Below are positions 42,365 to 51,424 of a DNA stretch of 64,000 nucleotides, one piece after another. The notes below the pieces were generated by a model that saw only the letters and a list, made by a program, of their open reading frames with translations, did not search any database and was not told where the DNA came from. A program made the position numbers and the translations under genes. Every line of letters starts with the position of its first letter. Position 1 is the stretch's first letter. Source of the stretch: a virus; IMG/VR virus record IMGVR_UViG_3300046786_000502, positions 52,894 through 116,893 of that record; one strand, 5' to 3'.

Positions 42365-42589
42365 ATGGATCTAAATAACCTAGGTAACATCAGGCTCTCA
42401 GACTTTGAACAGCTGGGGGTAAAGGAATATAACAGAGGCTTCATAGTAGCCCTAGAGACAGTAATCAAGATTCTAGACAAGAAGCCTTGTGATGACTATA
42501 AGGCAGATAACCAGTGTGAACATGAAGCCTGTGGATATGCTGCAGAACTAGCAGAAGGACTGATGGGTGTCAAGAATAACGTTCAGTAA
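42365..42589 (+). CDS. Hypothetical protein
   Basis: AAGGA RBS; ORF in operon. Confidence 0.6.
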   Translation: MDLNNLGNIRLSDFEQLGVKEYNRGFIVALETVIKILDKKPCDDYKADNQCEHEACGYAAELAEGLMGVKNNVQ

Positions 42590-42818
42590 GACTTGGTATG
42601 GGTCTATCCATGTCAATGTATTTAATAAGCTAGCCATCTATCTAGGTACAAAGGGTGGATGGGGTCTTGGCTTTGAAATTGATTTCAACGATAAAGCCTT
42701 GACTCTTGATTTAATTAAGTTCTACATCATTTTTGAAAGGTACTATGACCTTTCGAAGCTTACTTATTTGATGGTAGATACTGATGAGACCCAAGACAAA
42801 GAAGAATCCGTAGAATAG
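42567..42818 (+). CDS. Hypothetical protein
   Basis: Overlapping GTG start. Confidence 0.5.
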   Translation: MSRITFSKTWYGSIHVNVFNKLAIYLGTKGGWGLGFEIDFNDKALTLDLIKFYIIFERYYDLSKLTYLMVDTDETQDKEESVE

Positions 42819-42966
42819 GATAATCTCCATTAGGAAGTTGCTTCCATATTTAGGTGGCATCTGCATACGTCAACATAAGCAAAGATATTCTTCTTAATCT
42901 CTGCTATGTCCCAGAACGCTGCTGGCTTATCACAGTATGCACATTTTTCCATGATTCAATTATAGC

Positions 42967-43314
42967 ATGGACTATACTTATACTATGGAAGAAACAATCT
43001 TGTACTTGCTCTATAACAAGGAGTATCATGCTGTCAAAATTGGGATAGCAGATATAGCCAATAGCAGGTTCAAAGCCCTCAAGACCAAAGGTTGGAAGCC
43101 TGTAGCCTATTGGCATTTTTCGGGACGGGATAAAGCAAGAGCCGTAGAATCCCTAGTACTAAATACACTAAGGATAAAGTATGGACATTATCTAAGTAAA
43201 GAACAAATGCCCTATGGTGGATACACTGAGACATTCGATGCAAATAAGATAAACAAGACTAGATTGATCCGTTTGGTCAATAAGGCTATAAAGCTGGTTA
43301 ACAAGAGATCGTAA
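42967..43314 (+). CDS. GIY-YIG/T5orf172-like nuclease-fold protein
   Basis: LYLL, VKIGIA, R, AVESL, GGYTETF. Confidence 0.6.
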   Translation: MDYTYTMEETILYLLYNKEYHAVKIGIADIANSRFKALKTKGWKPVAYWHFSGRDKARAVESLVLNTLRIKYGHYLSKEQMPYGGYTETFDANKINKTRLIRLVNKAIKLVNKRS

Positions 43315-43324
43315 TACCCCTGAG

Positions 43325-43453
43325 TTTTACACAGAGTTATCCACAGATTGTTAGGTTTTGGAGATATGTTTGTTAGGTTTATAATGTCTGATTTGTTAGG
43401 TTTTAAGATGGTTTGTTAGGTTTTAGAGATAGTTATCCACAGGTTTATCCACA
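43325..43453. repeat. DnaA boxes plus iteron-like repeats (candidate origin)
   Basis: TTATCCACA at 43337, 43433, 43445; TTGTTAGGTTT at 43348, 43370, 43393, 43413. Confidence 0.75.
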
Positions 43454-44196
43454 GATAGATCTTACTGTTTATTTAAACAGATAGGGTTAAAGTGGATGGA
43501 TGTGGATGATAGTGGAGTATTGAGCACCAAAGATCGTAGGGCCATCGTAATCCTACCACAAATTGATCCATTTGTCAAATCGGACATATCCAAATTGTTA
43601 CCAAATTGTGATATTAATCATAGTTATCAAATTGTTATATTTGACAAATCAGGGATATTGTGGTATGCATCGTAATAAAAAATTTGTCCAAATCGGAGAT
43701 AATGTTATACATAAATTAAATAATTTGATATAACAATATTCTAATTTGGACAAACTTCAAGAGATGTTCTCTTATTAGTACTATAGGGGATATAGATGGT
43801 TCTTCGTAATCCCCCCGTTAAATGGGGACCACCCCAGGTAGTAGTTCTACCATGATCATTGAGATCCTTTCTACTTTATTTTATCTTTGAAAGACTCTTC
43901 TGCGATCTTTGGCGGTAGCACGGTAAATGAGAAGAGCTTTTGAATCCCAGTATACTTAGTAAAAGCATGCCAGATAAATAGAGATAGCTCATTGTGATCA
44001 TCTCTTTGCTCTTGAGCAGCTTTAGGGTATGATACTTGAAAGAAATGGTTTCTAGGACTCATGTTTCTATTATACACTAATTTGACAATGTCCTAGGATT
44101 CTGGTAAAATTATATGCCCTTCGTAAAGTCCAGCGAATTTTTATGATCCTTCGTAAAGGAGCTAAAAAAATACCACGCCCACCTGGGTAAAAGAAA

Positions 44197-44214
44197 AGCC
44201 ACCCGAAGGTGGCT
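44197..44214 (-). terminator. Intrinsic terminator ending the minus-strand gene array
   Basis: AGCCACC-cgaa-GGTGGCT preceded on + by AAAAGAAA (U-tract on -). Confidence 0.75.
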
Positions 44215-44519
44215 ATTTCAAATTAGATTATTTGGGACAATCGGAATAGGGGAAGTATTCCTTTTCCTCGCAGGTGCAGAAGCCAAAGTCTTCTACCTGA
44301 GTAGTGTGTGTTAGTGATGCCAAATCAGACCAGTAATAAACCTTTTCCATTATTCTCCTACCTTCCATTCCATGATATCAGCAATAGTATTCATTGTCAA
44401 GTGCAAACTACAATCACAGTCTCCACCCATGTTTTCCATGAAGTCAAAGTGTGAATAGTTATCTTCATATATCTTAGTAACCAACTCATGTACTGCATAT
44501 GGGGTTGTCATAGTTTCTC

Positions 44520-44786
44520 CTAACTATTGGCCATTACGTAGTCTAGCATAGTTTCGTCTTCATAGCAACCACAGCATTCAACACAAATAATCTCATTATC
44601 CTTGCTGCAGTTTGGACACATGTATTCTGACATGTTCATCTCAGGGTCTTCACAGAACTCACAGATAGTCTGCTGCAGTTCTTCAAAGGTGTAGTCTCTT
44701 AGGTGCTTATCTACCTTGAACATATGTTTTACCCTTGCCTTCTGTCCATGCCGCAATTTCTTCGTCTTCTGAGTTAGCGATATCAA
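44520..44786 (-). CDS. Small Cys-rich hypothetical protein
   Basis: CEFC, CPNC, CVECCGC; true start probably internal. Confidence 0.55.
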   Translation of the reverse strand: MISLTQKTKKLRHGQKARVKHMFKVDKHLRDYTFEELQQTICEFCEDPEMNMSEYMCPNCSKDNEIICVECCGCYEDETMLDYVMANS

Positions 44787-45060
44787 TCATTAAATCATTA
44801 GAGAACATCCAGTCACGTACCCAGTCATAGAGGTGTTCAGTTCCATACTCAAGGGTAAATTCAGGGGTATTGGATATGAGTGCTTCCCATACAATATCCT
44901 GAGTACGAATATATAGTTCTTCATCTTGATAGAAGGTATCAATGATATCCCATACCCATAGCCATACAAGGCTAGGGAATAGAGTCTCATTTAGTTTGTT
45001 TAGTTTATCTAGAATGTCTCTTAGGACTTCTAGTTCTTCTAGTTTGGGGTTGTTCATCAT
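44707..45060 (-). CDS. Hypothetical protein
   Basis: AGGAA RBS; minus-strand operon. Confidence 0.65.
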   Translation of the reverse strand: MMNNPKLEELEVLRDILDKLNKLNETLFPSLVWLWVWDIIDTFYQDEELYIRTQDIVWEALISNTPEFTLEYGTEHLYDWVRDWMFSNDLMIDIANSEDEEIAAWTEGKGKTYVQGR

Positions 45061-45069
45061 ATTCCTATT

Positions 45070-45342
45070 CTACGCTTTATCTAGCATATTGTCAAGTGTC
45101 TCAAAGCCTGTGTCTTCGATACCCAGCCCTGCCAGCAGCAGATCCCAAGTCTCGTTAATAAGATTAGTTGACATCTCATTCTCCATCTTTACGACACCAT
45201 TATCGACCAGGTATGCCAAGGGCAGCCCAAGATCGTTATACTCAATGTAATCAGCAAAGTCTTCATCTGCTCTATAGTTAAGCCATAGTTCAGATAAGAT
45301 AGTTACTTTATTCTCTATAGTTGTGGATTGTGATTCCGACAT
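45070..45342 (-). CDS. Hypothetical protein
   Basis: GGAGGAG RBS; YNDLGLPLAY motif. Confidence 0.7.
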   Translation of the reverse strand: MSESQSTTIENKVTILSELWLNYRADEDFADYIEYNDLGLPLAYLVDNGVVKMENEMSTNLINETWDLLLAGLGIEDTGFETLDNMLDKA

Positions 45343-45511
45343 CGTTGCTCTCCTCCTGCATTGCTTCTGTCATTATTTCAACTCTACGAAATGTGGTGCT
45401 AGGTCTCATTCGTGCTAGATAAATACCAACACGCTCAATGTCTAGTCTTAGGTCACAAATCATATTTGAAATCTTGACTGCGACTTTCTCTTCGTCTGTC
45501 ATATATTTCAT
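45308..45511 (-). CDS. Hypothetical protein
   Basis: AGGAG RBS. Confidence 0.6.
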   Translation of the reverse strand: MKYMTDEEKVAVKISNMICDLRLDIERVGIYLARMRPSTTFRRVEIMTEAMQEESNDVGITIHNYRE

Positions 45512-45651
45512 TCATTTGTCTCCTGTCATCATTATAGCAAAAATAAGGGGAGAGGGCAAGTAGTGAAAGTAGGAAATTTCTACTCACCCCCTCCCTGGTG
45601 GTACAGCCGTCAACCCCTTAACAGCTGTACTATCCTAGGAGCTAAGCTCGA

Positions 45652-46005
45652 CTAGGAAGCTTCATATACTGGGAATGACTCCAGATAATCTTTAATTGTA
45701 TTAGGCATGATGCTAGCATAGTCCTGCAGGTACCCATACATGCCATACCATGCATCCCCACCATCAAAGTAAGGGTCATTGTTAAGGCCCAGAGCTCTAA
45801 TCTCTTCAGGTGTCATGGGACGTGCATCAGCTACCTCCTGGTGCCCAGCTCCATCTACCTTGTATACGTGCACATGCCATGACGTAGGGTCATAGTACCA
45901 CTCATCAGTCATAGGGTCCTGAATCTCCTGCATGAAGATGTTCAGGTCATAGTCAATCATGGTCTTAGCTTTCTTACGAAATAATGTCAGCATTGTCTTC
46001 TCCAT
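45652..46005 (-). CDS. Hypothetical protein
   Basis: ORF in operon; start uncertain. Confidence 0.6.
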   Translation of the reverse strand: MEKTMLTLFRKKAKTMIDYDLNIFMQEIQDPMTDEWYYDPTSWHVHVYKVDGAGHQEVADARPMTPEEIRALGLNNDPYFDGGDAWYGMYGYLQDYASIMPNTIKDYLESFPVYEAS

Positions 46006-46402
46006 AAATCTGCTTGAGTGCTTCTACGGTGTCACAGTCGATATCTACTAGGCCCTCATCACATTCAGGGCATTCAGGATTGTATTCGCCATCTTCAGTC
46101 TCATCACTGCAATCACAAATACGGTAGGTCCAAGTAGGAATCTCTGTATATTCATCTTCCCAAGGATTCTCAGTGATGTAGTAATGAATGCGATTGACGA
46201 AGTGCCAGCCTGCTACGATGTAAGTACCTTCATCACCATCTACTTCAGTCCAGATGTGCTTAGGGTCTTGTGTCTTGACGAAATCAACTTCTTCACCGTA
46301 TGTTTCAAAATGAATAAGGCTGTCGTCTTGATACTTACTGATATTATTTTTGATTGGCTTAAAGGTATCTACCCAAGAGCCATACGTGTAGAACTTAGAC
46401 AT
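45974..46402 (-). CDS. Hypothetical protein with C-terminal Zn ribbon
   Basis: FETYGEE, GWHFVNRIHYYITE.PW, CDC...CPEC. Confidence 0.7.
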   Translation of the reverse strand: MSKFYTYGSWVDTFKPIKNNISKYQDDSLIHFETYGEEVDFVKTQDPKHIWTEVDGDEGTYIVAGWHFVNRIHYYITENPWEDEYTEIPTWTYRICDCSDETEDGEYNPECPECDEGLVDIDCDTVEALKQIYGEDNADIIS

Positions 46403-46589
46403 TAAGTGGGGTCTCTCTTCCATACTCTCTGATTACGTCTTCGAACTTGTCATTGCCAAATCCGTCATGTTCATCAATGATAGCAGATAGTTGCTCTGCT
46501 GTCAAATCGTCAGTGTCTAGTACCCAAACTGGGTGGGTAGGGTCAAGCTCCCACCAATCACCATTAACATTAGTAATATACTTACTCAT
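46395..46589 (-). CDS. Hypothetical protein
   Basis: GAGGA RBS; operonic. Confidence 0.6.
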   Translation of the reverse strand: MSKYITNVNGDWWELDPTHPVWVLDTDDLTAEQLSAIIDEHDGFGNDKFEDVIREYGRETPLNV

Positions 46590-46761
46590 CTTCATCCTCT
46601 TCTTCGTTCTCAAACTCTTCAACTTCGATAGAATAAACACCATCATAAATCATATTATCAAAGTTCCAACCAAACTCCTCTGCCTCTTTTTCATTGGCAA
46701 ACTCATCGTCATCACTTTCATACCAATATGTAACAGTCGTTTTAATTGTGTGCCGTGCCAT
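46582..46761 (-). CDS. Small acidic protein (not in ORF track)
   Basis: MARHTIKTTVTYWYESDDDEF...EEEDEDE; fills the gap. Confidence 0.6.
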   Translation of the reverse strand: MARHTIKTTVTYWYESDDDEFANEKEAEEFGWNFDNMIYDGVYSIEVEEFENEEEDEDE

Positions 46762-47003
46762 TAACAGTTCTCCGATACAACAGGGATGTTCTCTACACCC
46801 AACATCATAAGTACGCTAGTATAAGCAGATATCATACCCTCGATGAAATCTCTCTCGTGGTCATTGATATCAAGAGGCTCAATCATGTCGCCTAGTTCAT
46901 GCAGTTCCTCAATAAGATTATTACACATTCCAATTGGGTCTGCATAGTGAATGGCTTTGGTGTTCCATTCGATTTCAGGGATTGTTCGTTCTACTTTCAT
47001 CAT
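46761..47003 (-). CDS. Hypothetical protein
   Basis: AGAAAGGA RBS before MMKVER. Confidence 0.6.
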   Translation of the reverse strand: MMKVERTIPEIEWNTKAIHYADPIGMCNNLIEELHELGDMIEPLDINDHERDFIEGMISAYTSVLMMLGVENIPVVSENC

Positions 47004-47016
47004 GCTGCTTCCTTTC

Positions 47017-47547
47017 TTAGAAGTGGAAATCCACAGGTACAAGATACCAGTTTTTGTTGCCTTTGTCAATACTCTCTAGCATATATTTCGGGGTAGTGGA
47101 ATAGTTATCCAAATCATAGAAATAACTATCAGAGTTCCAAGTACCATTGATAAGGTCTGCTGCCTTTTTGATGTAGTATGAGTTCATATCAAATCTGTCC
47201 TCATCTTCAAATGAACCAGATACAAACTTATCAATAAGATTAGTAAATGTATCTATTTTGATGTGTGCTTGTATGTATTCCATTTCTGAAGTACGACATG
47301 CAAGGCTTTTATCAATAAGTTCCAAGAAACTATTAGGGCTATTATCATATGAAAGAACGTCGTTGTGGCTATCTTTATACTGGTTACTAGAATCACTATT
47401 CCAACGACCACCACCAACAACATACCAATCAGACCAACCACCTAGTCCCTCACTTTCTGAATACATCTCATCAAACTTGTGCTTGACTGTGTCTGCTGCT
47501 GCCTCTGCTGATTCTGCAGTTATTGCGATTTGTTGAATTACGTGCAT
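47017..47547 (-). CDS. Hypothetical phage protein (WSDWYVVGGGRW ... VPVDFHF family)
   Basis: AGAAAGG RBS and promoter directly upstream. Confidence 0.75.
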   Translation of the reverse strand: MHVIQQIAITAESAEAAADTVKHKFDEMYSESEGLGGWSDWYVVGGGRWNSDSSNQYKDSHNDVLSYDNSPNSFLELIDKSLACRTSEMEYIQAHIKIDTFTNLIDKFVSGSFEDEDRFDMNSYYIKKAADLINGTWNSDSYFYDLDNYSTTPKYMLESIDKGNKNWYLVPVDFHF

Positions 47548-47800
47548 GGGGGTTTCCTTTCTACTTTCTAATACCTCAATTTTACACTGACCCACTGACA
47601 TTTGTCAAATACATTTGTGGGAAATCCTGGAAATTGATCTTAATCTCGTAATTGATTAAATAATCTTATTATAGATATGCACATGGATTTCTGGGAAATT
47701 TGTTATCATATCGTAACCTGAAATACTTGACAAATAATATAAGTTAGGGCTCGCCACATTTTTGCAGCTTTGTCAAGTGCAACACGATCACCAGAGGTGA

Positions 47801-47828
47801 GGGCAGTTTTACATGTTGCCCAGCATGT
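47801..47828 (-). ncRNA. Repeated pseudoknot, copy B
   Basis: ACATG-C-TGGGCA-A-CATGT-AAAAC-TGCCC on minus strand, 4 nt after stop. Confidence 0.7.
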
Positions 47829-47832
47829 TTTG

Positions 47833-48846
47833 TTATGCGTTAGCCATTACGCCTTGCACAACTTTTAGCAGACGATTCTTTTCTGCGTTTATCATTGGGT
47901 CAAATCCACTTGCACTTGCAAGAATAGATTCGTTAGAACCACCACGTGCAGAGCGATACCAGTCGAGACGTTCAGTTAGTGCATTGAAAGCACCCCAAGC
48001 GTTACCAGCAATCATGCCGTTGAATTGTCCAGTGTAAATGTCGTTGATGACATCCACCTTGTTTTCCCACTTCTTGACAGCACCCTTAGTGTCCTTGTCA
48101 GGCTTAGGGTATGCAGACAGAATGATGTCGTTGAATTGCTTAGCGGTGACTTCTTGCGAAATCATAGCGTGTGCCATCTTGTCGAACTCATCCATGTATT
48201 TGTTAGCAAGACCAAGAGTCTCACGTGCAACAGCAATCTTGCCTTCTGCGGTTTGCGTGTGACGAATCTTGAAAGACTGCTTAGGGCCTTTACCACGTGC
48301 CCCAAGAGCAAGATTCAAAGTGTTAGCACACACAACACGAACAGGTGTGATAGACGCTTGAATTGCAATCGAACCATCGTGAGAGGTGTTGATTAGAAGA
48401 TAAGTCTTTACCTTATCTGCAACGCCGTTAGGGTCAAGAACAGTCTCACGTTCTAGTGCCATGCTACCAAAGACAACACGTCCGCCCTTGATAGAGCCAG
48501 CAGTTTCCCAACGTCCGCCACCATCTAGGATGTTGTCACCGAATGAGAAGAGGTCTTCGTTCTGAAGAACCTTGTAACGCTCTCCAACAACGCCAAGAAC
48601 ATCGTTCTGAGAATTGTCGAATGGGTTAGTGCGAGTAACAAAGAAATAGTTCTTGTCACTTGAGAATGTGTCAGGAATTGAAACGTCTTCGAGACGAACA
48701 TTCCAGTCGTTTAGGTGTGCAAGCGAAAGCATTTCTGAAGTAGTAACTTCATCTTGAAATACAGTTCCAAGACCATGCCATGCAGGCTCTCGCAATGAAG
48801 CGAAAGCGGTGTTTCCGTTTGCATCTGATTCTAGCAAATGAGCCAT
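47833..48846 (-). CDS. DUF932 / TIGR03299 phage-plasmid protein
   Basis: MAHLLE, PAWHGLG, YKVLQNE, ETAGSIKGGR, SHDGS, TPVRVVCANTL, RHT, WGAFNALTE. Confidence 0.9.
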   Translation of the reverse strand: MAHLLESDANGNTAFASLREPAWHGLGTVFQDEVTTSEMLSLAHLNDWNVRLEDVSIPDTFSSDKNYFFVTRTNPFDNSQNDVLGVVGERYKVLQNEDLFSFGDNILDGGGRWETAGSIKGGRVVFGSMALERETVLDPNGVADKVKTYLLINTSHDGSIAIQASITPVRVVCANTLNLALGARGKGPKQSFKIRHTQTAEGKIAVARETLGLANKYMDEFDKMAHAMISQEVTAKQFNDIILSAYPKPDKDTKGAVKKWENKVDVINDIYTGQFNGMIAGNAWGAFNALTERLDWYRSARGGSNESILASASGFDPMINAEKNRLLKVVQGVMANA

Positions 48847-48966
48847 GAGAGGCTCCTTTCTGTTGTAGGGTTTATTTCTATTACTATAATTTTACATGAC
48901 CCCACCGACAATGTCAAGTTATACAGGCAAAAATCTTGGGCGTTTCATAACGTTCTCGTAACAAAG

Positions 48967-48987
48967 TTATCCACAAAGTTATCCACA
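48967..48987. promoter_or_regulatory. Tandem DnaA boxes
   Basis: TTATCCACA at 48967 and 48979 (12-bp period). Confidence 0.7.
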
Positions 48988-49021
48988 GGGGGCTCGCCCA
49001 AGATCCCCAGGGCATGGAGAA

Positions 49022-49051
49022 TGAGCAGTTTACATGGACGTGCTCAGGTCC
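49022..49051 (-). ncRNA. Repeated pseudoknot, copy C
   Basis: GGAC-C-TGAGCA-C-GTCC-ATGTAAAC-TGCTCA. Confidence 0.7.
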
Positions 49052-49096
49052 CTTAGCATGCAGGCAGAAAGAAAGGATGAACGCCTGCAGTACCTC

Positions 49097-49294
49097 TTAC
49101 TCTACGTTAACCCATTTCATTGCGGTACGTAGAAGATTGTCATAGTCTCCAGACATGCTTTCATTCATATACTGTTCAACCTCTTCAGGTGTTGCTCCAG
49201 CTTTTCGAATGGCCTTAGATACGGCTGCCATGATAGCGAATGCATTTCCGTCATTGCCAGTTAGTTTTACGGTTACCGTTTGATACTTGCTCAT
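49097..49294 (-). CDS. Conserved small phage protein (DGNAFAIM...SGDYDNLL)
   Basis: GGAGG RBS; recognisable motif. Confidence 0.75.
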   Translation of the reverse strand: MSKYQTVTVKLTGNDGNAFAIMAAVSKAIRKAGATPEEVEQYMNESMSGDYDNLLRTAMKWVNVE

Positions 49295-49482
49295 TACAAT
49301 ACCTCCGTTAGTGTCTCTGAATAAGTTACATCATTATCTAGATTGTCAAACTTGTAACCTAGATTTTCATAGTCTGATTCTTCCTCATAGCCTTGTGATA
49401 CAAAAAACTTTGCTAGGGCCTCATCAGGGCTGTCTGCCATTACTGACCAACTCTCACCTGTTAGGATTGTGAATTCTTCCAT
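49294..49482 (-). CDS. Hypothetical protein
   Basis: TAATG overlaps at both ends. Confidence 0.6.
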   Translation of the reverse strand: MEEFTILTGESWSVMADSPDEALAKFFVSQGYEEESDYENLGYKFDNLDNDVTYSETLTEVL

Positions 49483-50000
49483 TATGCCATTACCTCTTCC
49501 TTTGAGAACTCATTCAAGTATAGTTCAGGGGTAGGTAGTTTGTCAAGAGCAAACACAACCCTTCTTCCACCATACTGTGAGACAAATAGTCTAGTTTGGA
49601 AATCAATTGTGTAGATACCCTCACACATCAAATCATCTTCAATGAAGTCAATTTGGTTAGATAGGGGCACACGACCAGTTGAGTAGGTAACAACCTTGAG
49701 AATGTCTGAACCTGTATTTCTAGTTAGACTAGGATACATTACAGAAAACTTATCGCTGTTATCCATTGTCATCATACCATCTGGGGTAACATATGGCTTG
49801 TACATCTCTTCCAACTCTGATTCAGTAGCGAAGTAGCATTTGAATAGTGCCTTCTCCAACTGCTCTACAACATTGTAGCCAGAGATGAATGATAAAATAT
49901 TTAGACCTTGTCCATCTGGATAGTGGTCCCATTGGCCATACTGTGCAACAACAGTCTTACCAGTTGAATCGATTACCTGTGTGATACCTCTTGTACCCAT
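49482..50000 (-). CDS. Hypothetical phage protein (MGTRG...QWDHYP family)
   Basis: Strong RBS and promoter upstream. Confidence 0.75.
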   Translation of the reverse strand: MGTRGITQVIDSTGKTVVAQYGQWDHYPDGQGLNILSFISGYNVVEQLEKALFKCYFATESELEEMYKPYVTPDGMMTMDNSDKFSVMYPSLTRNTGSDILKVVTYSTGRVPLSNQIDFIEDDLMCEGIYTIDFQTRLFVSQYGGRRVVFALDKLPTPELYLNEFSKEEVMA

Positions 50001-50155
50001 TTCTTTCCTTCTTTCTCTTTATACCCTCAATTATAGCGATAGGGTCTGACATTTGTCAAGTTATTTCCTGGCGTGTCGTAAGCATTTTCTTAAATGTTAC
50101 CAAAACGTTATAAACGGGCTCGCCCTCAGCTGATCATTTGTCAAGCCCATTAGGG

Positions 50156-50182
50156 GAGCAGTTTTACAACTTGCTCAGGTTA
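50156..50182 (-). ncRNA. Repeated pseudoknot, copy D
   Basis: TAAC-C-TGAGCA-A-GTTG-TAAAAC-TGCTC, 5 nt after stop. Confidence 0.65.
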
Positions 50183-50187
50183 CCCTG

Positions 50188-50367
50188 TTACTTCCCAACA
50201 AGGAAGAGCGAGATTGGCGACTTACGCTTCTGCTTTACGGGAATGTTCTTGGTCTGGTTAGTAGCACCAATGAAGTGTCCATTAGCGTCACGAACTACTG
50301 CCTTGTAGATTTCACCATTCTTGGTGTTCCACTTTTCTGTTGCGATTACAATCTTCTTACGAGCCAT
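50188..50367 (-). CDS. Small basic protein (not in ORF track)
   Basis: MARKKIVIATEKWNTKNGEIYKAVVRDANGHFIGATNQT...; AGGA RBS. Confidence 0.65.
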   Translation of the reverse strand: MARKKIVIATEKWNTKNGEIYKAVVRDANGHFIGATNQTKNIPVKQKRKSPISLFLVGK

Positions 50368-50401
50368 TTTTATTTTCCTATTCTTGTTGGGGTTATTAGA
50401 G

Positions 50402-50432
50402 TGAGCAGTTTAGCATTGACTTGCTCAGGTCA
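50402..50432 (-). ncRNA. Repeated pseudoknot, copy E
   Basis: TGAC-C-TGAGCA-A-GTCA-ATGCTAAAC-TGCTCA, 10 nt after stop. Confidence 0.7.
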
Positions 50433-50442
50433 GTTTCTCAGT

Positions 50443-50889
50443 TTAGAGAAGTTCCATTACAGAGTTGTAGGTTGAAGCATTGACTTCTTCCTGCTGTGTC
50501 ATACGAAGCACCTTCAAGTTCTTCTTCAACAAGTCCAACTTGGTGGTGTAATCACGACCATAGTAAGTCTGCTGATTTGGTCGCTGTGGTTCTTCTGGCT
50601 TCTTTGGGAAACCTAGTGCCTCAGTATCAAACTCAACAGAGATACCATTGTAGCGGTATGACGAAGTGATACGGATTAGAGAGCCACTCTCAGTTCCAAT
50701 GTTGTCAGGGTTGCCTAGTGCCTTGATAGCGTGAGCAATAACATCTTTTTCATACTGCTTAGCGTCTGCTTCATACTGCTTACGCTTGCCAGCATACTCC
50801 TCAATGTCCTGCTCTACCTTGGCGATTTGGTTTTCTACCTCTGCGATTAGAGAAGCGGTTGGGATTTTTACTGATAGGCTACGAGCCAT
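50443..50889 (-). CDS. Hypothetical coiled-coil protein
   Basis: AGAAAGGA RBS before MARSLSVK. Confidence 0.75.
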   Translation of the reverse strand: MARSLSVKIPTASLIAEVENQIAKVEQDIEEYAGKRKQYEADAKQYEKDVIAHAIKALGNPDNIGTESGSLIRITSSYRYNGISVEFDTEALGFPKKPEEPQRPNQQTYYGRDYTTKLDLLKKNLKVLRMTQQEEVNASTYNSVMELL

Positions 50890-50959
50890 TTGTTTCTTCC
50901 TTTCTTTCTTTGTTAGTTCTATTTTACTTGATTTATTGGGGGTTGTCAAGTTAGTTGGG

Positions 50960-50988
50960 TGGGCAGTTTATTGTGATACCCAGCACAA
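50960..50988 (-). ncRNA. Repeated pseudoknot, copy F
   Basis: TTGTG-C-TGGGTA-T-CACAA-TAAAC-TGCCCA, 8 nt after stop. Confidence 0.7.
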
Positions 50989-50996
50989 CATACCCG

Positions 50997-51149
50997 TTAG
51001 CCCTTGTAGGTTGTCCAGCGTGGCTGTCCATTTACATTGAGGCGAACACGCACCGAGCCAGATGCGTTAGGAACAATCTCCTCGATAGTTCCAGTAACCT
51101 TGCTCTTTAGAGTAGTGAAAGTGTCACCAATCTTGTAAGTTGCGGTCAT
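50997..51149 (-). CDS. Small SH3-like beta protein
   Basis: GAAAGGA RBS; YKIGDTF..KSKVTGTI..VRVRL..RWTT. Confidence 0.65.
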   Translation of the reverse strand: MTATYKIGDTFTTLKSKVTGTIEEIVPNASGSVRVRLNVNGQPRWTTYKG

Positions 51150-51424
51150 TTTGCTTCCTTTCCATTTCTGTTGTTTTATACCAACTTTTGTTGATAATAC
51201 TATTGTAGTGGATACCTCTGACATTTGTCAAGTCTATTTGATAACATTTTGATAACAACTATTTACTTTTTTGTCTGCTGATTTCCAACTACTACTATTA
51301 TGGCATAGCCCACCGACAAAGTCAAATCCAAAAACTGTGAAAAATGTCACAATTTCATAACGCTATCATAACTTGACAAACGGATCAAATTGTGGCGAGC
51401 CCCTTTCGGGGGATTTGTCAAGTC

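Noticed and set aside
43348-43423. TTGTTAGGTTT repeats as a mini-CRISPR array
   Set aside because: Repeats are 11 nt with 9-12-nt spacers, far too short, and there are no cas genes; iterons fit better.
43871-44077. 68-aa minus ORF inside the origin-like region
   Set aside because: It has a plausible promoter but no recognisable motif; not enough support to call.
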